Below are positions 52,774 to 62,000 of a stretch of 62,000 nt of DNA, in pieces. The notes beneath the pieces are model-generated. The model was given only the letters and a program-made list of their open reading frames with translations. It did no database searches and was not told the DNA's origin. Numbering within the stretch: the first letter of the stretch is position 1; each line of letters opens with the position of its first letter. The stretch spans positions 60,222,001 to 60,284,000 of the forward strand of contig OX597826.1 in assembly GCA_951406725.2 (NCBI GenBank). The letters run 5' to 3'. The position numbers and the translations under genes are program-made. The stretch is from Octopus vulgaris. Taxonomy: Eukaryota.

Positions 52774-54047
52774 GAACAAACTGAGGAAAAGAATGTAATT
52801 GTTTATATAATTTTTGTTGCAGTTACACGTAGGATAAGACTTACATATATAAATTAAATATAGACATATTCTATTGACAATCAAATAATATATTTATATT
52901 ACGATTACATTAAATTCTACGAATATAATATATAACGTAACATATTATATAATATAAACAATTATAAAAGCCAAAAAAGGCCAACAAATTGTTTCAACGT
53001 ATTTATATCTTTCCTAATATACATAATCATAGTTCCATTATATATATAGTAACTTCCGTTTCTTTGGTTTAGAAAAAGACGAAATTCCATGTGAAAGGAC
53101 GGCTGGATTTTAGAAATTAATTCAAATGTCTGTGTTATGAGTGTGGGCGTTAACTATTCTACCACACATCAATTACAATTAAATAAATAACAAAAACACT
53201 TCAATGGGCGAAAGAATCAAGTAAGTGCAATCCACAACCTTCGAAATTAATTTCAATCGTCGCAATTAATTTCATTATATCTCAAACACATACCAATTGA
53301 AACCCTTTCATGTCCAAGATAGCCGCTTGTCATCACAACATACAACAATAAAATGTGTGTGTATAAATGTATACAATTAAGTATCTAAGTCTTCTCCAAC
53401 GTGTAACTGCAACAAAAAATATATGAACAAATATATTATTTTCCTCGGTGTGCTGCTTTTATATACATACATACATACATACATACATACATACATACGC
53501 GCACACACAGACACATAGGTATGCATGCACGTATGTAAATATATCTTTAGAGATAGCGGACGATTTTCTTTTTCGGTGGGGCAGAGACGGAAATTCAAAT
53601 AAAATATTTAAGAAACTGGTCTTAATGTGAAGCATTGTAGTCGAACTTCATCGTTCTGAGTTCCAACACCAAAAGATTCAAGGTCATCACAAATTTAGAT
53701 AAACATCATCGGGACAGGAACTAGAACTATTGACTATTAAGTTACTTCCCCTATTGTGACGCAAGATATAGTTATGGAAGTAGTACTTTTTTGCTCCATA
53801 GACTATAAGTATAGTTGGAAATTCCATAGTTGATTTGAATAGTGTAAGGCGATTGGATGTAGTGTATACAAAACTACTGACTATGTAATCTTTCTCAAAA
53901 TACAATTTTGTCTAAAACATTTAACTGTCCGTATATATACTATTTTCCTTGTTACATACTTATACCCGCTTGTAACTTAAGAGATTTTATCTGTCATTAA
54001 TCACTTTGCATCAAAATGTAAGCAAACCTTACAAAATGTAAAGCATT

Positions 54048-54456
54048 GGAGTGGCTGCGTGGTAGTAGCTTGCTTACCAACTACATGGTTTTGGGTTCAG
54101 TCCCACTGCGTGGCACGTTGGGCAAGTCCCTTCTACTATAGCCTCAGGCCGACCAAAGCCTTGTGAGTGGATTTGGTAGATGGAAACTGATAGAAGCCCG
54201 TCGTATATATATATATATATGTATGTGTGTGTATACGTTTGTGTCTGTGTTTGTCCCCTAAAAACCGCTTGACAACCGATGCTGATGTGTTACGTCCCCG
54301 TAACTTAGAGGTTCGTCAGAAGAGACCGATAGCGTAAGTACTAGGCTTACAAAGAGTAAGTCCTGGGGTCGATTTGCTCGACTAAAGGCGGTGCTCCAGC
54401 ATGGCCACAGTCAAATGACTAAAGCAAGTAAAAGAATAAAAGAATAAAAGAATAAA
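54048..54456 (+). mobile_element. SINE-A full length
   Basis: Similarity to other copies. Confidence 0.9.
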
Positions 54457-55032
54457 CCTCTCGCCTTCCATTTTCGTGTCTTCTTTTCTATATGGTTTTC
54501 ATCATATTTATTTTGCGTGGTCAGTATAAATTCTGCCTCTAAATTCTTTCTTTGTATCATCTGTTATTCTGTATTTCATTCTCTATTCCTATCAAATCTT
54601 CTTTCTACCTTTTCATTAAGTCTGCAGTTTCCTCCTCTCTCTCTCTCTTCTCATCCATTTCTCTATCACATCTTTGCTCCTGCACCAATATCAATTCTCG
54701 CGCCATTGCCAGTGTCTCCGCTACCATCAATAACATGACTGCCCACTGTTTACTTCCTGTGTATGAGTTGCTTACATAAAAGTGACGTTGGAATGAACTA
54801 TTGTATTCGTAGAAAAGATGGAAAATACATTTTTCAATAATACTCAAATATATATTGATATACTGCTTTGAAAACGTGTTTCTATATGGTTATCTATCTG
54901 CCTGTTTGTCTGTCTGTCTGCCTGCCTTTCTCTCTGTCTCTCTATCTATCTATCTGATTGCCTGTCAGTCTGTGTGTCTGTATTCCTGTCTAAAGCTCTC
55001 CCTCACCTGTCTGTCTTTTCTCTCTCTTTCTT

Positions 55033-55091
<59 letters not shown>

Positions 55092-55136
55092 ATATATATA
55101 TGTGAGTTTATCTATATCTCTGTATATATCTATATC

Positions 55137-55202
<66 letters not shown>

Positions 55203-56488
55203 CATATATATATGCATGTATTTGCGTGCGTGTTGTTTTCATATTATTGTTTTTAATATTACTCGTTATATTTTGTTTTAAAGTCAGACTTCTCGCTGTT
55301 ATGTAATATTTTGTGTGCATTGTGTATGTATGCACATATGTATAAGATATATGTAAATATGTGGACGTATATATATGTTGTAGATATGTTGGTATGTATG
55401 TTGTATACGTCCGTATGCATATATTCAAGGTAGTGTTGTTTTCGTGTAAGACAATGGACGCTTCAAAATGTTTTTTAGTAGCTTCTTATGTGGTGTGGTA
55501 TCTAAATCTAAACTTATTTTCTTCGGCTTTTACAGTGTCACCTCATACACAAATGCATGTCTGCACGCGTTTAAATTCAGACATATAGATATAGAGGGAC
55601 ATAATTATTGTAATCCAGTTAGAACGTAGATATAAAAGGAAATGTGAGAGAACTATAAGGGGAAAATGGTAAGTAATTTGCCAAGAAAATCAATCGAGAC
55701 TGTGGGCGATGGTCTATATATTTAACAAGTGTTTCTCAAAGAGTCTAGATTTTTCCGACATATTGGACATATTTCAATTGAGTTCTGTCTCGGGTAATTT
55801 TTAAAGAATACTCACCTATTATTGTTTTTGTAAGATCTTCATACTTCCACAATTTTCTATTTCGTACCTTAGACCTAAACGCCGTCTGTTTATCATGGGA
55901 TGTATTCAAGTATTTTTGTGATTATCCTAGCTTTTAGGTAAGAATGGCTATAGTATCCTAGGCGAAATTTCTTTCTGTAAACTAGAGATGGTTTGATATA
56001 GGTTAACGCAGTTTTGTAATAGCTTCTGAATTACAGGACATATTAAGTGTTCGAAAAATTTGTTTCAACATAAGCAAAATATATTTTATAAGCATGAAGA
56101 TATACAGTTTCTATTAGTTGTACAACTTGAGGTCTTTGAACTCGGAATCTATGCTTAAGATAATCAGAGACGTGTTTATTTTTATGAAATTCTTTTAAGC
56201 CATGGAAACATTAAATATAAACTTCGCTGAGAACATTGCTTTAAACGGAGAGATAATTCAGCACCGTCTTATCGTTGGAAGGCGTGTAAGTGCAGTTACA
56301 ACCAATTTTGCTTTTAAATCCGTTGCTTAGTAACTCATTGTTGCATTTGTATATTTGTCTTTCTATTTGTTGACAAACTATATAATTATCATCAAACTCC
56401 AAAAGCGAGTTCTAATGAATTTTTGATGTAAAATACCAGTGCTACACCTGCATTCAAGTGATAGTCTTTTGTTTATGCAATGTATGTT

Positions 56489-56520
<32 letters not shown>

Positions 56521-57089
56521 CGCGTGTATTTGTATGTATATATTTATTACATATGTACATATATACATATATACGTATAAACACACACTCACATATACAT
56601 ATATATGTATATGTATATATACGTACATATATATATAAATATATATATAATCCTGTATGTCTATGCATTCATATGCATATACATGTGCGCATGTGTGTTT
56701 GTGTGTATGTGTATGCGCGGTGTATGTGTGTGTGTGAGTGAATCATTGTGTGTGTGTGTGTGTCTGTGTATGTGTGTGTGAGTGTGTGTGTGTGCGAGTA
56801 CATCTATATGTATGTGTAACTATGCCTTAAATATCTTTGGAGTGTGGGATCAGTTGCATTTGCAGCATATGATGCAGCTATTTACACTCCCCGAATTCAA
56901 GGCATAGGCCGTGACAAGAAGACGCTTGGTAGCTGTTGCAGCTGCTACAGAACTGTACAGAGATCATTGGCCATTCTCGTAGAAGAGTAAGTTGTGAAGA
57001 AAGGACACATTGAAACATTGGTAACTGCTCATATTCCTAAAAAAAACAGCTTGTTCATGTCATTATATGCATGTGCTATCAGCTATGTA

Positions 57090-57135
57090 TATGCTTGCAT
57101 ACATATGTATATACGTACATACACACACATGTATA

Positions 57136-57166
<31 letters not shown>

Positions 57167-57253
57167 GTAAATATCTATATATATATATACATACTTATAT
57201 ATATATATACATATATATATATATGTAAATATCTATATATATATACATACATA

Positions 57254-57293
<40 letters not shown>

Positions 57294-57296
57294 TCC

Positions 57297-57344
<48 letters not shown>

Positions 57345-57389
57345 GTATATATATATGGATATTTACATATATATATATTTATATATACA

Positions 57390-57423
<34 letters not shown>

Positions 57424-57500
57424 AGTATGTATGTATATATATATATAGATATTTATATATATATATATATATATATATAAATATATATATACATGTGTGT
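57090..57500. repeat. (TA)n-rich compound microsatellite with higher-order units
   Basis: Direct reading. Confidence 0.9.
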
Positions 57501-57618
57501 GTATGTACGTATATACGTATGTATGCAAGCATGTACATACATGATAGCACATGCATATAATGACATGAACAAGCTGTTTCTTTAGGAATATGAGGAGTTA
57601 CCAATGCTTCAACGTTTC

Positions 57619-57688
<70 letters not shown>

Positions 57689-57969
57689 GTGTATATATGT
57701 ATATATACATGTGGACAGCCATATGCTAGAAATAGATCCCCTATGATAAGACTACTGAATTTCTCTAGAGAATATTCTTTCTCTGTAGTTTGATCGTAAG
57801 TGATATATTTGAAAACAAATGGCTGTCCACATGGTGGTTTTTAAACCTTAAAATATACACATGTATTAGAATTTTCTCTATTTTTCAGATTTTTGTATGC
57901 TAGGCTACTGGTTTTAAATTGATATTAATTAAATTAATATTCAATTTAATTCCCACATTATTTAAATCT

Positions 57970-58046
<77 letters not shown>

Positions 58047-58903
58047 CATATATATATATACATATGTACATATATATACACATATACATACATATATAAA
58101 TATATGTGTGTGTTTGTGTGTGTGCGTGCGCGTGTGGACATATTTATAATTGCATCCACAGATGCAATTATCTGACGCCTTGGTATATACGCTCTATTAC
58201 TACTGGATTACCGAAACACTTAAGAGTTCGATATCCCAACACTTTGTCCTCAGCATCACCCATATTAACACCTACAACTCCCCTCACGCAAAACCTACAC
58301 AAACACCTCAGCGGCACACATGCGCACAATACACCTTTGCTCAAAACAATACGAAAGTTCGATCTCTTAACGAATATCAATACCGGAGTTAAAAGCCTCC
58401 TAAAAGGGTCTTTAAAAGACTCCTAATGACAGTCTTTGTCCTGGTAAGGGATTTGTTATTGCAGAAGACCTTTCCGTTAATCTTTATTCTGGTCTTGTAA
58501 CATTTACAGTTATAGTCCCAAACACTATGTACGTATGTATCGATATATATATATGTATGTAAGTATGCATGCATACGCACACAGAAACACACCCACACAT
58601 ATACCTATGTTCACATGTACCAACATACATATATGCACATATATTTATGCAACGATATACGTGCATACTTATACTTCTTATTAAACCATATTAAATGTTT
58701 CTTGACGGAAAGTACTAAGGTACTGAGTTACTTGCATTATAGATAATAGCAGCGAGTTCGTTTTATGTACGCGTATATGCACGCGAAATTATGTAATTAA
58801 ACACACAAACTCACACATATATGTATGTATGCTCTCTCTATATACGTGTGTGTTTGTGTGTGTGTGTTTGTGTGTGTGTGTATGTGTGTATCTATATATA
58901 TAC

Positions 58904-58952
<49 letters not shown>

Positions 58953-58987
58953 GGTCCCAGAGTAAATTAATTTATTTTATAGAAGGA

Positions 58988-59036
58988 GCTTCTACAGGAC
59001 TAGAACTGTTTCATTCAAAAGAAATCATCAGGAAGC
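58988..59036 (-). ncRNA. Type I hammerhead-like motif, family 2 (left arm)
   Basis: Exact reverse complement of 60238-60286. Confidence 0.7.
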
Positions 59037-59805
59037 AAGTAGACAAGAGTTGTTTTGGTATTTATACATTTAGGCAGGTTTAAATGGGTTGTGGTGGGGG
59101 ACTTTTTTGGGGGTAGGCATGGCGCAAAACTGTCATTATTAGGGGAGTGGTCAAAGGAATCGGTGGTAAAGTAGATAAAAGAATAAATAAAAGAATAAAA
59201 AATAAAAATAAAAATAAAAGTAAAAATAAATATAAATATAAATGTGTGCATGTGTATATATGTATGAGTGTATATGTGTATGTATATGTATATGAATGTA
59301 TATGTGTATATATATATGTATATATATGTGTATATGTGTATGTATATGTATGTATGTGTATGTATGTGTACATGTATATGTGTATATATATTAATTAGTG
59401 TATATGTATGGACTAGTCTTATGTGGGTGTGTTGAGGTATGTATGTGTATGCGTGTATGTGAATATACGTGAATGTATGTAGATGTAGGCGTGTATGAAT
59501 ATAACTTGTGCGTGAGTGTACGTGTGGATGTGTGGGCGTGAGTAAGTGCTTGCGTTCGTATCAGTAAGTAGATAGAATAACAGAACCTTTAGAGATCCCT
59601 TGGGACAAGTTTGACCGGTCAAGATAAAAATAAAGATATAAACAAAAGTAGTTAATAAAATTAAAATAAGAGAATAAAGATGTGTGTGTATGTGCGTGCA
59701 TGTATATGCATATGTATATATATGTGCGAGTGGGTATACATATGTGTATGTATGTGTATGTGTTTGTGTATCTGTGTGTACGTACATGAGTATGTGTAGA
59801 TATAT

Positions 59806-59837
<32 letters not shown>

Positions 59838-60237
59838 ATGTGTATGTGTACGTATGTATGTGTATATATATATGTATGTATATGTGGGTATGTATGTATA
59901 TGTATAGATATATGTGAATAGGCGGGTGTGTATATGTGTATGTGTATATATATATATGTAGATGTACAAGTGAGAGTCTCCCCACTTACCTAAAACTTTT
60001 CTATTTATATTTTTTTATATATTTTTTGTTTTAATATTTATATTTATTTTTATTTATTTATTTATTTTTTTATTTTTATTCTTTTATTTATTCTTTTACC
60101 TACTTTACCACCGATTCCTTTGACCACTCCCCTAATAATGACAGTTTTGCGCCATGCCTACCCCCAAAAAAGTCCCCCCCCACCACCCATTTAAACCTGC
60201 CTAAATGTATAAATACCAAAACAACTCTTGTCTACTT

Positions 60238-60286
60238 GCTTCCTGATGATTTCTTTTGAATGAAACAGTTCTAGTCCTGTAGAAGC
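60238..60286 (+). ncRNA. Type I hammerhead-like motif, family 2 (right arm)
   Basis: GCTTC-CTGATGA-T[TTC TTTT GAA]T-GAA-ACAG[TTCTAGTC]CTGT-A-GAAGC. Stem I 5 bp, stem II 3 bp with a U.U closing pair, stem III 4 bp, GUA triplet (cut after 60281). Confidence 0.7.
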
Positions 60287-60342
60287 TCCTTCTATAAAAT
60301 AAATATATATATATATATATATATATAGTAATACTAATATTA

Positions 60343-60364
60343 CTAGAATTTACCGTATAACGGT
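60343..60364 (-). mobile_element. Possible Helitron-type 3' terminus
   Basis: Minus strand: ACCGT-TAT-ACGGT hairpin, 5 nt, then CTAG|T. Confidence 0.3.
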
Positions 60365-60448
60365 CCTGGTTTCATACCGAATTCTATTTGGTGAAATTTA
60401 TTGATTACTTCGTAATTAATTAGTTTTACCCTTAATTGCTATATATAT

Positions 60449-60782
60449 ATGGTTTCACATGAAATGTCGCATTTCTAATTATTTGTTATTTCAATCATTT
60501 AAAAACTCAATGATGTATACTATTGTATTTAAAGTTGACTCTTTTTTTCTTTCCCAGTAATATTGGAATACAAAATTCGTCCCCACAGACCTTATGAAAA
60601 TGATAACAACCAAATAGCTGTTGAATGATTTTCTCGTATGAGTACATACTGGGTCACCCTGCTGCAGAGGCTCTACAGAATATCAAGCGGGTCTTTCTTA
60701 ATGGCTTTGTTGACATCAGAACTTTTCAGAGAAGGTTCCAAAATTTTCGTTCAGGTGGTGATAGCCTTGAAAATAAACCAAG
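60449..60782 (+). mobile_element. Mariner transposon 5' fragment (HTH domain)
   Basis: YEYILGHPAAEALQNI...RTFQRRFQNFRSGGDSLENKPR resembles the Hsmar1-type YEFKLGHKAAE...RTVQWWFKKF..GDESLEDEER pattern. Confidence 0.75.
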
Positions 60783-61770
60783 GATAATTAAAGGTGTTAC
60801 ATTCCTACTTCCAAAACATGAAGAAACATATTAACCAAAGATTTATCGACCCATAACCTGCTTAACAGCAATGTATAAAGTACTAACATCTGTCTTGACT
60901 GAATATACTTATAGTTTTTTAATGGAAAGTGGCATGTTCGTTAATGAGCAAGAAGGATGTAAACGTGGGTCCTGTGGTTGTAAAGATCAGCTACTCATCA
61001 ATTAGATGATCTTAGGAGATAGTAACAAACGACACAAGTTGTCGATAGACTGGATAGACTATATAAAATACTCTTGATAGTCTACTATGTAGCTGGATTA
61101 AGAAATGTATAAAATCGTACCTACTGTAAATATGAGACCTACACTGACTTACAAATATGAGAACTACACTGACTTTCAACAGTGACAATGAATCTCTCAA
61201 TGTTGGAGATGTAAGAAATGCAAGTGGCATTTTCCAGGGAGACTTTCTATCATTATTCGTCTTTTGTCTAGCCTTAATACCCCTCTCGAAATTGCTCGAT
61301 GATGTACAATATGGCTATAAAATATTATATCTGATAACATCTCTTTTACACGGTTGAATTAAAGTACTTTGCAAAAATGATCAACAACTACTGGGTTTAC
61401 TAGCATTTATTAAGTAATACAGTGATTACACCAGGATGCAATTTGGCTTCGATAAACGTACAAAAGTTACCTTTATGAAAGTAAAAATGATAGCAACATC
61501 CAACGTTAATATTGACCAACAGAACGTCATAAAGGAACAAGAAACAGGGGAGAGCTACAAATACCTAGGGGTATTTGAAGGTGATGAAATCAAACATGCA
61601 ACGATGGAGGAAATGATCAGAAAAGCATGTTTTCCTAGGGTAAGAGCAATACTTAAGACAGCGTTAAATATAAGAAACAGGATCGAAGCGATAAATATTT
61701 TAACCATACCAGTCGTGCCTTACAGTTTCAATATCATTAAGTGGTGTATTACTGAAATATGTAATCTTAT
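60783..61770 (+). mobile_element. Dong/R4-type LINE reverse-transcriptase fragment, decayed
   Basis: KGVTFLLPK..YRPITCL.AMYKVLT; EQEGCKRGSCGCKDQLLIN; GIFQGDFLS; MQFGFDK; SYKYLGV. Stops and frameshifts throughout. Confidence 0.9.
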
Positions 61771-61774
61771 TTAT

Positions 61775-62000
61775 TTGTTGCCCACAAGGGGCTAAACATT
61801 GAGGGGACAAACAAGGACAGACAAAGGGATTAAGTTGATTACATCGACTCCAGTGCGTAACTGGTACTTAATTTATCGACACCGAAAGGGTGAAAGGCAA
61901 AGTCGCCCTCAGCGGATTTTGAACTCAGAAAGTAACGGCAGACGAAATACCGCTAAGCATTTCGCCCGGCGTGCTAACGTTTCTGCCAACTCGCCGCCTT
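61775..62000 (-). mobile_element. SINE-B, near full length
   Basis: The reverse complement begins AAGGCGGCGAGTTGGCAGAAACGTTAGCACGCCGGGCGAAATGCTTAGCGG, with B-box-like GAGTTCAAAATCC and tail TTTAGCCCCTTGTGGGCAAC. Confidence 0.85.

Larger units (their letters stand above)
58971..60303. mobile_element. 1.33-kb element with ~240-bp inverted terminal repeats, each carrying a hammerhead-like motif (family 2)
   Basis: 58971-59210 is nearly the reverse complement of 60061-60303; (TA)n lies next to the right end and ~20 bp from the left end. Confidence 0.85.

Overview
AT-rich, microsatellite-saturated eukaryotic DNA. The SINE families and repeat load point to a coleoid cephalopod (Octopus-like); this is inferred, not proven. 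The only convincing host CDS is an intronless, divergent class A GPCR (minus strand, 42432-43628). The rest is mostly transposon debris: at least three tRNA-derived SINE lineages, RTE, Dong/R4-type (RLE) and Tx1-like LINE fragments, two mariner relics, several fold-back/MITE hairpins, Helitron-like ends, and an orphan 28S rRNA 3'-end plus spacer. The most notable hidden signal is nine type I hammerhead-ribozyme-like motifs in three unrelated repeat families, found by eye. One family has a non-canonical CUGU-N-GA core and a loopless palindromic stem III, and is arranged as retrozyme-like direct repeats (7053-8116). Another sits in both arms of a 1.3-kb inverted repeat (58971-60303). Nearly all short ORFs in the supplied track are microsatellite artefacts. 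No activity, expression or database match was tested.
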